This document shows positions 36,700-46,272 of a stretch of DNA of 64,000 nt, piece after piece (the first letter of the stretch is position 1; each line of letters opens with the position of its first letter). The stretch is from an uncultured virus (IMG/VR IMGVR_UViG_2838736955_000001) (lineage: Duplodnaviria > Heunggongvirae > Uroviricota > Caudoviricetes). The stretch lies in IMG/VR virus record IMGVR_UViG_2838736955_000001; one strand, given 5' to 3'. A program made the position numbers and the translations under genes. The notes beneath the pieces are model-generated. The model did no database searches. It was not told the origin of the DNA and saw only the letters and a program-made list of their open reading frames with translations.

Positions 36700-37240
36700 T
36701 GCCATAGAACCGGCAGAGTACGTTTCCCACAACTCTAAGATCCGCCATCATATGCGGGTGATTTTCGTCCCGAGAAACGATGTAATTCAGAGGGGCCATG
36801 AGGTTTCCGGAATACTTGGCCTGGGCCTCTTTGATTGCCGCAGATAGGCGGTCCCACGCGACGACAGCGTTCTCGTCAGCTTCATCAGGGGCGACGTTCA
36901 TCACGCCCCCGCGCCTTGTCTTCAGACTGTCAGGCACTTGAAGCGCGAGCCGGTAGCGCTCCACAGTCATCTGATACCGGGTGAACGCATCGTACAGCTC
37001 GCCCGAAATCAAACCCAGAAGCTTCATTCTCCCGATCACCGTTCCGGCCTCAGGCTGCTTTGCATCATCCTTCTTCAGTCCGTAATGCCGCATTCTCGTC
37101 TCCCGTGCTAATCTGTCGATGGCCTCGCCCGGCACTTTGGCGCGAGATATTTGTCCACTTTCGGTCCTGACCGCGTCTTCCTTGCGTGGTCTCCCGCGCT
37201 TCCTGCTGGCTTTGCTTGCTGATCTCTTCGCCGCTTTCAT
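36674..37240 (-). CDS. Putative late-gene regulator
   Basis: Last early gene before the packaging genes; basic AT-hook-like KRGRPRK. Confidence 0.55.
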   Translation of the reverse strand: MKAAKRSASKASRKRGRPRKEDAVRTESGQISRAKVPGEAIDRLARETRMRHYGLKKDDAKQPEAGTVIGRMKLLGLISGELYDAFTRYQMTVERYRLALQVPDSLKTRRGGVMNVAPDEADENAVVAWDRLSAAIKEAQAKYSGNLMAPLNYIVSRDENHPHMMADLRVVGNVLCRFYGIDVLRKSA

Positions 37241-37273
37241 TCTCTTTCCCTCGTATTCGAGCCGCCTGCTCGG

Positions 37274-37495
37274 TTATCTGAATTTCGGATGGGTGATCGC
37301 CGCGAGGATCATCTCCATCGCGATCTCTCGGTTCGTGCGCTGGGATCTGTCGGTTTCGACATAGGCGGCAATGCCGCTCGGTATGTGCGTGACCCTGACG
37401 CCTGGATACGTCCCGACATGCTGCCCGCCGCGGCTGTGGATGCCGGGAATGGGCCAAGTCTCGATCTTGAGCTGATCCGCTGGGATATCGATCAT
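37274..37495 (-). CDS. Minimal peptide-chain-release-factor (GGQ) domain protein
   Basis: RGGQHVG....VRVTHIPSGI......RSQ..NR..A. Confidence 0.85.
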   Translation of the reverse strand: MIDIPADQLKIETWPIPGIHSRGGQHVGTYPGVRVTHIPSGIAAYVETDRSQRTNREIAMEMILAAITHPKFR

Positions 37496-37938
37496 TTCTT
37501 CACCGCCCGCCTGGCAAGCGCGAAGTCGCGACCGACCATACCGACCCCCTTCACGAAGTCCTCGGGGAACAGCCCGTTGCTGCAATGAGGGCAAGCCGGT
37601 ACCATCTTCCGATGGCGCCAAGCCTTGTCAATTTCCTTGGCTGCAATCGAGCGGCACTGGAAATGTGCCGCCTCGGTGATTTCTTTGCGCTGCCGGTTCA
37701 GCCCCTCATGGGCTGCGTGATAGTTCTCGCAAAGGTTCTTGAAGGCATCGAAGGGGTCGACATCCTTTTCGCAATCCTTGCACCAAACGCGCCTCTCTTT
37801 CGGGTCGTAGGCCATGCGTCTATGATTGCAGGATGAATACGGCCGGCGCGTCATACCGCGAGACACGCGGATATCTCCTATATCGACAACCGTCAGGCCA
37901 GAGAGGTAAGCCTGATCCTCGATTGGTTCATCGCTCAT
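37492..37938 (-). CDS. Zinc-finger protein
   Basis: CNH, CKDC, CPHC. Confidence 0.65.
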   Translation of the reverse strand: MSDEPIEDQAYLSGLTVVDIGDIRVSRGMTRRPYSSCNHRRMAYDPKERRVWCKDCEKDVDPFDAFKNLCENYHAAHEGLNRQRKEITEAAHFQCRSIAAKEIDKAWRHRKMVPACPHCSNGLFPEDFVKGVGMVGRDFALARRAVKK

Positions 37939-38234
37939 CGCACCGCCTCCAACCGTTCGACCTCGACCACACGACCGCCACCGAGGAACAGTCGCTCAGC
38001 CTTGGCCCGGGCGACCGAAGCTTGCCCGCCTTCCACCTCACCCCCGACGATCGGGAAGTTGAGGTATTGAAGCAGGTGTTTGTTGACGGCCTTCATGGCT
38101 TCCAGCTCGGTCTCGAACACGACCGGTGCCCCGCCCTCACCCATGATCGGCTTTGGGTGGCTGTCCTTTGCAAAGCGAACCATCGCCCACCAGCCGCGGC
38201 GGAGTTGATGTGCGTATCCGGCGTAGCGGTTCAT
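37935..38234 (-). CDS. Hypothetical protein
   Basis: Coupled ORF. Confidence 0.55.
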   Translation of the reverse strand: MNRYAGYAHQLRRGWWAMVRFAKDSHPKPIMGEGGAPVVFETELEAMKAVNKHLLQYLNFPIVGGEVEGGQASVARAKAERLFLGGGRVVEVERLEAVR

Positions 38235-38551
38235 GCTTCACCGCCTTTCGGGGCGGATATGCCGTTCATGATTTCATCTGCCCAATCGTAGTAGGCCGGG
38301 TGGCTGCTGGATGCAGGACCATCTCGACCACTCGCGATGAACTCGTCCCACAAAGCCTTGCTTTGATCGGCCTTTGCACGGATGACGGCGGCGCAGCGCT
38401 GGCGCTCGGCAAGGATGGCAGTCTTCATCAGGTCAATGAAGACGTCGCCCTCTCCCTCACCGCCAAATTTCCTCGCGAAGAACTCGCTGACATATGCTGT
38501 GAGCTGTGCATCAAGTTCCGCGCCTTCCGGTATCGTGTCTTGAGGAATCAT
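38231..38551 (-). CDS. Hypothetical protein
   Basis: AILAERQRCA motif common in phage early genes. Confidence 0.55.
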   Translation of the reverse strand: MIPQDTIPEGAELDAQLTAYVSEFFARKFGGEGEGDVFIDLMKTAILAERQRCAAVIRAKADQSKALWDEFIASGRDGPASSSHPAYYDWADEIMNGISAPKGGEA

Positions 38552-38901
38552 GCCGCGTCCTCCATGTCGTCGAGAATTGCGTCCACCATCCGATCTGCTG
38601 CGACTACGTTGAGTATCGTGGCAATCAGGGTCTCAACCGTCATGCCGCGCTTGTCGGCATATGGCTGGAGCTTTTCGGAAACCTTCTTCGGGCAAATGAC
38701 CGGCGGGATTGTTGCCGTTATTTCCCTCTTCCTGCGTTTGAAAACCGCAGTGAGACCGTTCCGCCGAAAAGTGCACCGTACGTATGGAGCGCCAACGCCA
38801 AGAGCCTCGGCAATCTCCTCGGTCGTCGCCTTCGGGTTTTCGAAGTGGAGCCGGATCACCTCATCCTTGAGGCCTACCCGGCGGATCTCTGCGGGTCTCA
38901 T
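38548..38901 (-). CDS. HTH DNA-binding protein
   Basis: ATTEEIAEALGVGAPYV. Confidence 0.6.
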   Translation of the reverse strand: MRPAEIRRVGLKDEVIRLHFENPKATTEEIAEALGVGAPYVRCTFRRNGLTAVFKRRKREITATIPPVICPKKVSEKLQPYADKRGMTVETLIATILNVVAADRMVDAILDDMEDAA

Positions 38902-39809
38902 GCTGCGCTCCTGTCTTGCTGGAGGAATTTGCTCGGGACGTTGCAGCCGGCTTGGCCAGGCGCAGGCCCCCATTCAACGACGCTCCACTCGGTACCGGAT
39001 CGCCAAGCCGACACACGCTGACCCCAGCGGGCTTCCGTCGTTGGAACGAAGGTCTTGCCGTCAGGCGACTTCATCATCGTGCCGGCCTTGAACTCTTCGG
39101 TCGGGCGCGGGATCGACTTTCCGGCGGCGACACGGCGCTCGTAGGCTTCCTTGATCGCCGGGATGAAATAGGACCACGAGCCAGCCGGTCGCTTGATGCG
39201 AGACGCGACGGATCGGATTGTCGGGATGATGTCGGCTTCGAGGCTGATGCCTGACGCGATGAGTTCGAAGATCGGACCCACGACTAATGCGCCGTGCGGC
39301 TGAATTCCGTTCTCCCCAGCTGCTGCGATGAGCTTGCTTTGGAGGATATCGAAGTCCATCTGAGCAGGCGCGCCTAATACGCTGCTAAGCGTATTCTTAT
39401 CTGTGTCTGCTTCTGCTTCTGCTTGGTTGAACGCCCGTTGAACGTCCGTTGCATCGACCGACTGATTTTGTTGCCTTTTTGATGCGCTTGCTTTCCCTGC
39501 CTTGGAATTAATTTTCAACTTGTCCGCACGGTTTTGAATTTCATGTTCAGCTCGTGCATTTGAGAGCTTGCCGTCGACCACCGAAAACTTGCCAAGATCG
39601 ATCAATTTCGAGGCGACCTTTTCAAACGTGGCCGGCCGCATTCCACAGTAGGTGGCGAGGCGCGCGACGTGGAAATCGATAGGCCCGCTCTCTTCATAGA
39701 TGCGGCATAGGATCATCGTGTAGACACCGACCTCTTGCGCCGACAGACCGCGAACGCCGTTCATGAAGTCGGCCGGATAGAAGTCGAAATATGGGATGTG
39801 CCTGCTCAT
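38898..39809 (-). CDS. Replication initiator, YdaU/DUF1376 family
   Basis: PYFDFYPADF....GLS..E.GVY..ILC..Y. Confidence 0.85.
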   Translation of the reverse strand: MSRHIPYFDFYPADFMNGVRGLSAQEVGVYTMILCRIYEESGPIDFHVARLATYCGMRPATFEKVASKLIDLGKFSVVDGKLSNARAEHEIQNRADKLKINSKAGKASASKRQQNQSVDATDVQRAFNQAEAEADTDKNTLSSVLGAPAQMDFDILQSKLIAAAGENGIQPHGALVVGPIFELIASGISLEADIIPTIRSVASRIKRPAGSWSYFIPAIKEAYERRVAAGKSIPRPTEEFKAGTMMKSPDGKTFVPTTEARWGQRVSAWRSGTEWSVVEWGPAPGQAGCNVPSKFLQQDRSAA

Positions 39810-41239
39810 GATCTCGCTCCATTTCTCACGGCCGAGAACGCCATGTCTGCGAAGAGGTTGACCGTCTCCAGCCCGCCGTTGCGCTGCTTGGCGACGCTGA
39901 ACTCCATCACGTTCCGGCAGGCTTCCAGCCTGTCAGCGCGCTCGAATTGCTCCTCAGGCGTGCCACCCTCCCCGCGCTCCAGGTAGTAGGCATCGCGGTA
40001 GATGAAGGCGATCGTGTCGGCGTCCTGCTCGATCGCGCCGGAATCGCGGAGGTCGGAAAGCTGCGGCCGCTTGTTCTCCCGGCTCTCCACGGCGCGGTTG
40101 AGCTGCGAAAGGAGAACGACGCCGATGTCCAGATCGCGGGCCATGCCCTTGAGGCTGGACGTGATCTCGGCAATCTCATTCACGCGGTTGCCGCTATAGC
40201 GCGACGAGGCGCGGATAAGGCCAAGGTGGTCGATGAAGAGGACCGCGAGCCGGTTGCCATGCGCCTGCGTCTCTTCGACAAGACGCTCGGCCCGGGTGCG
40301 GATATCGGTCACCGTCTGGCCGGCCTGGTCGTCGATGAGGATAGGCAGCGCGTTCATGCGGGCCTGCTCCTCAGCCACCATGTCGAACTCTTCGTCTGTC
40401 ATCGTGCCGCGGATGATGCTGGTATAGGGAACGCGCTTACGCCAATCATAGAGCGCGTCAGAGATTGCGCGGCAGGCCAGCTTGTCGGCATCCATTTCCA
40501 GCGAGACGAACCCAATGCTGGATCCTGCAGCCGCCGCCTTCATGGCGACAGAAAGAGCAAAGGTTGTCTTGCCCATCGAAGGGCGCGCGCCGACCAACGT
40601 CAGGTCTTTGCGCTGGATTCCGCCGGTCAGACGGTTGAGGTCCGACAGTCCCCATGTGATGCCGGTAAGACCGGTCCCGGTATGGCGAGCCTCTGACGCG
40701 GCCTCAAACGCGCGGCCGGCGGCGCTGCCGATGCTGACACGCGTCTTTCTGGATGCCCCGGCCCGAACATCAGACATGATGTCGTCGATCGCGCTTGCCG
40801 CCTCATGAGCGATGAGCCGAACGTCAGCCTGCGGGTCATTCGCCGCCGCATAGACGCGCCCGGCTTCGTTTGCCAGATTAAGGCGTGCCCACTGGTCAAT
40901 GATTTTCTTCGCGTTCTCGACTGACGCCGACGCGCCAGCAGTGGCGGTACCGAGAAGGCGCGCAAGATACTGCATGACGTCTTCACCGGAATTCTTCTTT
41001 AGCCAGGTCTTCTCGATATCGGGAATGAGCTTGGCGACGACGACCGGATTGCCGGTGCCATATTGCTCGCGGGCCGACTTGATCGCCCGGTAAAGGTGCT
41101 GATGGAACGGGTAGACGAAATGGCGATCGGCAAGGATGGCCATAGTGTCTCGCGCATCGCCGTCAAACATCAGAGCGCCGAGCACGTTCTGCTCTACCTC
41201 GATGATATAGGCATCGGTTTTGAAGACGGGCGCGTTCAT
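39806..41239 (-). CDS. dnaB: DnaB-like replicative helicase
   Basis: GARPSMGKT, SLEM, IDHL, LSQLNR, DLRDSGAIEQDAD, AKQRNG. Confidence 0.95.
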   Translation of the reverse strand: MNAPVFKTDAYIIEVEQNVLGALMFDGDARDTMAILADRHFVYPFHQHLYRAIKSAREQYGTGNPVVVAKLIPDIEKTWLKKNSGEDVMQYLARLLGTATAGASASVENAKKIIDQWARLNLANEAGRVYAAANDPQADVRLIAHEAASAIDDIMSDVRAGASRKTRVSIGSAAGRAFEAASEARHTGTGLTGITWGLSDLNRLTGGIQRKDLTLVGARPSMGKTTFALSVAMKAAAAGSSIGFVSLEMDADKLACRAISDALYDWRKRVPYTSIIRGTMTDEEFDMVAEEQARMNALPILIDDQAGQTVTDIRTRAERLVEETQAHGNRLAVLFIDHLGLIRASSRYSGNRVNEIAEITSSLKGMARDLDIGVVLLSQLNRAVESRENKRPQLSDLRDSGAIEQDADTIAFIYRDAYYLERGEGGTPEEQFERADRLEACRNVMEFSVAKQRNGGLETVNLFADMAFSAVRNGARS

Positions 41240-41427
41240 CCTGCCACCCTGCTTCCGATAGACTGTCGCTGTTCGGGCGTCATGAATAGGTCGAGCCATC
41301 GACGCCAAGCCCTGCCGGCGGCTATGCCGTCCTCGATCGCGCCACTCGACTGGGCGCGCTGCATCGCCTCGATGTAGGTTTCCCACGCTCGTGTCTGGTG
41401 GTCATGGAGAGACACCACGTTGCTCAT
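41236..41427 (-). CDS. Hypothetical protein
   Basis: Coupled ORF. Confidence 0.55.
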   Translation of the reverse strand: MSNVVSLHDHQTRAWETYIEAMQRAQSSGAIEDGIAAGRAWRRWLDLFMTPEQRQSIGSRVAG

Positions 41428-41798
41428 TTCCACACCTCGATCTGGATGTTGTATGCTGCTTTGATGATCCGCTGGACGCGGCGAAAATCGCGGGTAACGA
41501 CGCCCTTGACGTCAACGACGCGGAGCCTTCCGTCCTGCTCATGGTCGATGAAAGCGAAGTCGGCGCGATAGGTGCCGATGATCTCGCCATTCACGATGAG
41601 TTCGAATTTCCGCTGGCGGGTGAAGCCGGATATCTTCCCGGCCTTCTCCAAAAGCTTGAGGTCGGCATAGACCTCGGCCTCGCGCTTGCTGTCGAAGGTG
41701 ATGCCGTCGACGACCGTCTTCTTTGCCCCATACTTGTTGGCGCGTTTCTTCGGAGCGACTTCGGCAAGATATTGCTCGCGGGTCAGCGTCTCGGTCAT
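41424..41798 (-). CDS. DUF1064 PD-(D/E)xK nuclease
   Basis: NKYGAKKTVVDGITFDSK.EA, Y.ADF, VDVKG. Confidence 0.9.
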   Translation of the reverse strand: MTETLTREQYLAEVAPKKRANKYGAKKTVVDGITFDSKREAEVYADLKLLEKAGKISGFTRQRKFELIVNGEIIGTYRADFAFIDHEQDGRLRVVDVKGVVTRDFRRVQRIIKAAYNIQIEVWK

Positions 41799-42073
41799 GC
41801 GAGCCTCCCCGTCGCGCGGTAGGCTCTGTTGCGAGCGTTGTAAGCCTTGCGGGCGGCTACGAGATCGAGACGAACTGGATCAGCCTTTGCGCGGGCTTCC
41901 TCGTCCCGGCGGCGCTGGGCTTCGATGCGCTCGGCCTTCTGCCGGGCAGCCTCGTCGATCTCCTCCTGGCGCAGCCTGTGTATCTGGCGCTCTACCTCTG
42001 CCTCTGTGGTGTTGAGGTGGGAGGCGATGGAGATGTAGTCCATGCCGGAGCGGAAGAGGTCGAGCGGGTTCAT
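41795..42073 (-). CDS. HTH-like protein
   Basis: LFRSGMDYISIASHL.TTEAEVE. Confidence 0.55.
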   Translation of the reverse strand: MNPLDLFRSGMDYISIASHLNTTEAEVERQIHRLRQEEIDEAARQKAERIEAQRRRDEEARAKADPVRLDLVAARKAYNARNRAYRATGRLA

Positions 42074-42741
42074 AGGTCCATCTCCCCTTGCCGAGCATCT
42101 TTGCGATCGAGCATGCGGAGGACGGTCTCGCCCTTCCAAGCCTTGTCCCAGATAAACCAGCCGTTGAGCATTGGCGGCGCGCCCTGCCCTGTGAAATCGA
42201 TCTTCCAGCGCATCAGATAGACGCGCGCCGGTGGATACTTGGCCCAGAAGGGAGCGAGGCCGCCCGCACCGGGGAATCCCCAGTTCATCAGCAAGCCCAT
42301 GTATTCGATGTCGAGTGTTTCCAGCGCGTGGTAGAGCCACCGAGCCTTACCGTTGCCCCAGCCACATTCAGCGAAGGGTGGGTTTTCGAGCATGGCCCGG
42401 GCCGGTGCTTCCTTGAAGTCGTAGAAGCTCTTGATCTCAGCGCCGCAACCTCTGTCGATCAGGTCGCTATCGAAAGTCCGGAATCCATGGGTGCGCAACT
42501 CGCGCCCGATCACTCCTGTACCGCACGCAGGCCCCCATATGGCCGGGAAGTCACGCAGTCGGTCCATCTCGGCGTGGATGATCGAGCGGATAGGATCAAC
42601 CGGAGTCGGATAGAACTCGTTTTCCTCGCGCTCCAGTGCGTCGACCTTAACGATGTTGCCTTCCAGATCGCGGATGGCGACTGGCTTCGACTTCTTGCCG
42701 GTGGCGCGGAACAGGCCGCGTGCGGAGACTGGCGCGTTCAT
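42070..42741 (-). CDS. Putative amino-(N6A/N4C) DNA methyltransferase
   Basis: EFYPTP, WGPACGTG, SDL.DRG, NPPF. Confidence 0.75.
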   Translation of the reverse strand: MNAPVSARGLFRATGKKSKPVAIRDLEGNIVKVDALEREENEFYPTPVDPIRSIIHAEMDRLRDFPAIWGPACGTGVIGRELRTHGFRTFDSDLIDRGCGAEIKSFYDFKEAPARAMLENPPFAECGWGNGKARWLYHALETLDIEYMGLLMNWGFPGAGGLAPFWAKYPPARVYLMRWKIDFTGQGAPPMLNGWFIWDKAWKGETVLRMLDRKDARQGEMDL

Positions 42742-42911
42742 GCGGCGTTCTCCCTCTTGGCCAATGCCTTGAGGCGATCGAGCGTGCGGGTTTTGATGGC
42801 GATGCGGGAAAGCTTGACGCCGTTGTCCTGCTTCTGAAGGCTGCCGCGAATGCGGAAGAGGTCGCCCTCGATGTCTTTGATCTCTTCTTTGAGGAGGTCG
42901 AGCTCGGTCAT
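42738..42911 (-). CDS. Hypothetical protein
   Basis: Coupled ORF. Confidence 0.5.
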   Translation of the reverse strand: MTELDLLKEEIKDIEGDLFRIRGSLQKQDNGVKLSRIAIKTRTLDRLKALAKRENAA

Positions 42912-43486
42912 CGGCGCGTCCTCCACACTTCGGCTGGATCGATGCCTTCTGCGGCCATACGCTCGAGCGCAGCGGACTGACGGGTGTCATGCCTCGCCCA
43001 GTGTTCGGCCTGCTTCTCCGGCCCCCACTGGTCCCATGTCGTCGAGCGTTCGAACTTGTCCGCGAAAGCCTTATCCTGTCGCCACTGTCTGCAGTAATCC
43101 GGCCACCACTTGGTGAGATTACCGTTGCATCCGTGCTTGCTGTCGATATTGGCTTCGATCAGGTACCTTACGTCTTCATCTGTGAAGCCAGGCCCGGTTA
43201 CTGTCCACGCGCTGGCAAAGCTGCGAAATCCAGTCTCCGACCAGTATTCCGATCCTGCAGGCTGCACGGCATAGGTCTGGAACCCATACGAAAACCGGAT
43301 GAGGGTCGGGATGCCACGGACTACCATCTCGATAGGATCGCGCTCATCCAAGTCGATCTCCATGACTGTCTCTACGCCATAAGCACGGGTCACAAAGCCC
43401 CGACGCGGCGGCGGCTCATAAGACTTCGCAGCCATCACCGGCAGTGCTGGCGGCATCATCAGGTCGAACATGGAAAGCTGCTGCAT
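42908..43486 (-). CDS. Hypothetical protein with N-terminal QLSMF clamp-binding-like motif
   Basis: MQQLSMF; SETGFRS motif. Confidence 0.6.
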   Translation of the reverse strand: MQQLSMFDLMMPPALPVMAAKSYEPPPRRGFVTRAYGVETVMEIDLDERDPIEMVVRGIPTLIRFSYGFQTYAVQPAGSEYWSETGFRSFASAWTVTGPGFTDEDVRYLIEANIDSKHGCNGNLTKWWPDYCRQWRQDKAFADKFERSTTWDQWGPEKQAEHWARHDTRQSAALERMAAEGIDPAEVWRTRR

Positions 43487-43507
43487 CCTCAGTCCCTCGT
43501 GATCCAG

Positions 43508-43900
43508 TCAGCCCACGTGATCCGAGTGCCGGCGATCCGCCGCCACCGCTTGGCGAGCCGTGAGCGCATCGAACGCGGCAATCTTTTCGTCCAGCGAAGC
43601 CAGACGGGCACGGAGTTCTCTTTGTTCACGGCGCTCTTCCTCGTGTAGTGCGGCTTTAAGTGCTTCCATCTCCTCGCTGTCGATGCGACGGGCCGTGCCC
43701 TCCCAGATCGTGCGAATACGACGGAGCGTGATTTCTTTGTTCACCCGCTTGTTGATGAACTTCCTGGCTTCATAGAAAACGGCGTCCACCTTCCCGTAGC
43801 GAGTACGTGGGAACGCCTCCTTCAAAAGACTTTGGGCATAAAAAACGTCACTCATTTCCTTGTCCCGTTTCGACAAATCTCTGTTGGGTTTCGACACCAC
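43508..43900 (-). CDS. Conserved early regulator (CII-position protein)
   Basis: RR.R.IW.G.ARRID..EM motif; position downstream of cro. Confidence 0.55.
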   Translation of the reverse strand: MVSKPNRDLSKRDKEMSDVFYAQSLLKEAFPRTRYGKVDAVFYEARKFINKRVNKEITLRRIRTIWEGTARRIDSEEMEALKAALHEEERREQRELRARLASLDEKIAAFDALTARQAVAADRRHSDHVG

Positions 43901-44572
43901 GTTGTCTGTCTCCTGCTCTAGGTTCGCTCGTGTTCAGGGAGCTACAGATGAGCAGGATCGATATTGAGAACGGTGAGGCTGATACCCTGGCAGGTACCCC
44001 TGCCTCACCGTTTGGTCCGCCTTCTGGGCCAACCGAAAATTCAATCATTCCATTCCCTCGCAGAGCCACCGCCGCCGCTTTGGGCTCTGCCGGGTGTTCC
44101 GAGACCTCCTCGGGACACCCCTCGTTTGAGCCTCTTGGCTCTATCGTCCGCGCCGTCGTGTTGAGGCTGCAGGACGACAGAGTGAGGTTGAATGTTCTGG
44201 TCCCGGGCACGTTGGGGAACGGGGGTAAGCCCGGGACCAGTGACGACGGCTCACTGGGAGGCTGAGACCGCCGTATTCGGAAATGCGATGACATTGCTCG
44301 GGAGGATCGGCTGCAGCTTCGGAGTAGCGCGCCAGTTCTCCTTTTTGGCCTTCCAGATCTGGTAGATGAAGAAGGCGGTGATGATCGCGATGGAGCAGGC
44401 AAAGCCGACGCCAATGCCGATGAGGAATGCGATGAAGGTCATGCTTGCCTCCTTGGTGTCTGTTTCCGTTCCCAACGGGCCGCGCCCTGCGTGGCCTCAA
44501 TGGCGTCTTGAGCGTCTATGTCTGTTTGGACGGATTGAATGTCGGTGGGTTCTGATGGGCCGGGGCGCTTGG

Positions 44573-44770
44573 TCATGCGGCACCTACAGCGGCTTTTGCC
44601 TCAGAAAGGGTCGAGAAATGACCGGGGAAAGCCATGTCATCGAGAATGGCGACGAAGCCCTTGCGAACAGAATAGACGGCGCCACGGCACACTTTTCCGA
44701 GAGGCCATTCAAGTTTGGCTGTCTTGTCGAGGTTGCTCTCGTGCTCACCTATAGGAATCAGGGCGCTCAT
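44573..44770 (-). CDS. Hypothetical protein
   Basis: ATGA-coupled ORF. Confidence 0.5.
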   Translation of the reverse strand: MSALIPIGEHESNLDKTAKLEWPLGKVCRGAVYSVRKGFVAILDDMAFPGHFSTLSEAKAAVGAA

Positions 44771-45945
44771 GCTGCGACGACCTCCCCGATGTCATTGAGA
44801 GCGATATGAAAAGCCGCGAAGATTTCCTCAGCGCGAGCGGGTACTTCCGCTGCCAGCGCCTTTGCGATCTTGGCTTCCTGTTGTGGGGTCCAGTCTCTGG
44901 ACGAGCGCTGCCAACGGATTACGTCGAGCAAAGCGTCGTCTCCGGCGTATTCCTCAACTGGATATTCAAGGCCGAGCGATCGAGCGATGTTGTATCGGCA
45001 GAATCCGTCGAGGATCACGTCGCCCTGTCGAATGATAGGTTCAACAATGCCGATCGGATGGTCCGCGATGTCATTCGCCAGCGCGTCGTAAGCGGTATTC
45101 GAGAGTTCAGGGAAACAATGAGCGAACTCGGACCGCCTCATCGGGAATGGAGGATCCATTTCAATAAGGATGGAGCCGGGGGTGGCCGGGGCATTACTGA
45201 CGACCCCAGCCTGATGTGTTGCGGCGTTCTCGGATGCGGTTACATAATCGCCTCCTGTGTTGGCGTCGGCGTTCCCGTCGATGCTTTGGGCTTGGGTCCG
45301 CTCCTCAGTTGGAGCGATGGGGGCGGACGACGACGGTTCAACGTCAGCGACGTTCGCCAGTCGGGCCTTGCCCTTCACTGCAGCGATTGCGTCGTCATCC
45401 GATGGGGAATTGGTTGCCGGGGTATCGACGCCCCGGCTCGTCCTACTCGCATCTCCCGTCATGCTGTCGGCGGCTTCTTCATCAGCCTGACCAGTCGCAC
45501 CGTTGTCGCCGGATGCTTTCGCTTGGAATTCTTCCGCCTCTTCCCGTTCGATCATGATATCGACGGCAGCGATCAGCGCGGCGCGACCGGTTTCGGTCTG
45601 CATGCCGGTGACGACCTGTTGGATGAGGCGTGGATTTACGTCGCGGACCTCACCGGTTTCCGCGTCAAATTCTTCAATGTTTTCTCGTGCGTGTGCATGC
45701 ACGAGGTTGATGCCGTGAACCGCGTTCCAGTAGGTCTCGAATACGAGGTCTGCCTCTTCGCGCTCGGAAGTGTCGAGCTTGCGCTGCGAGACGACCTGCT
45801 TGATCGCCTTCACGTCGAAACCGTTGGCGCGAGCTTCCTTGTAGATGTCGGACTTGTCGGCGTTGAGATCCTTGATCTCAAGCTCCAGGCGCTCGACCCG
45901 TTCGACAATGGCTTTGAGCTGATCGCGTGCGACTTCAAAGGTCAT
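44767..45945 (-). CDS. GapR (DUF2312) domain fused to a ParB/Srx-like domain
   Basis: QLKAIVERVERLE.E.......DIY.EA...GFD.K; C-terminal FPELS..YDAL..DI...G.VEPI.....ILDG..R. Confidence 0.75.
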   Translation of the reverse strand: MTFEVARDQLKAIVERVERLELEIKDLNADKSDIYKEARANGFDVKAIKQVVSQRKLDTSEREEADLVFETYWNAVHGINLVHAHARENIEEFDAETGEVRDVNPRLIQQVVTGMQTETGRAALIAAVDIMIEREEAEEFQAKASGDNGATGQADEEAADSMTGDASRTSRGVDTPATNSPSDDDAIAAVKGKARLANVADVEPSSSAPIAPTEERTQAQSIDGNADANTGGDYVTASENAATHQAGVVSNAPATPGSILIEMDPPFPMRRSEFAHCFPELSNTAYDALANDIADHPIGIVEPIIRQGDVILDGFCRYNIARSLGLEYPVEEYAGDDALLDVIRWQRSSRDWTPQQEAKIAKALAAEVPARAEEIFAAFHIALNDIGEVVAA

Positions 45946-46178
45946 GCTGCAGTCTCCATGACCGGTGCAAAATCAGTCGGTCGGATGTCGAGACCTCGCT
46001 CGCGAGCAGCTTCAAGGATGGCTGGGATATGCCAGTGGGGCACGACGCCGCCGGTCCCACCTTTCTCTTTCGGCATGCGCCAGCGCATGACCGTGTGGGC
46101 CTTGACGTTCGTGACCTCAGCCAGCGGCTTCAAGCCTTTGAACTTCTTGATGATCGTGTTGGCGGGTTCGCATCTCAT
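45942..46178 (-). CDS. Cro-like repressor
   Basis: II.KF.G...LA......TV.RW.....GG.GG.VP; divergent from cI. Confidence 0.8.
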   Translation of the reverse strand: MRCEPANTIIKKFKGLKPLAEVTNVKAHTVMRWRMPKEKGGTGGVVPHWHIPAILEAARERGLDIRPTDFAPVMETAA

Positions 46179-46185
46179 GTCGATA

Positions 46186-46272
46186 ATGTACGATATTCAT
46201 ACAGACAAAGCAACAGGAAATGTACGATTTTGCTAAATGCATCTTTCAGCGCGCCGTGCGAAAATTGTACAA
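46186..46272. promoter_or_regulatory. OR-like operators (consensus ATGTACG-N5-CGTACAT)
   Basis: Sites at 46186-46204 and 46220-46238; weaker site at 46254-46272. Confidence 0.7.
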
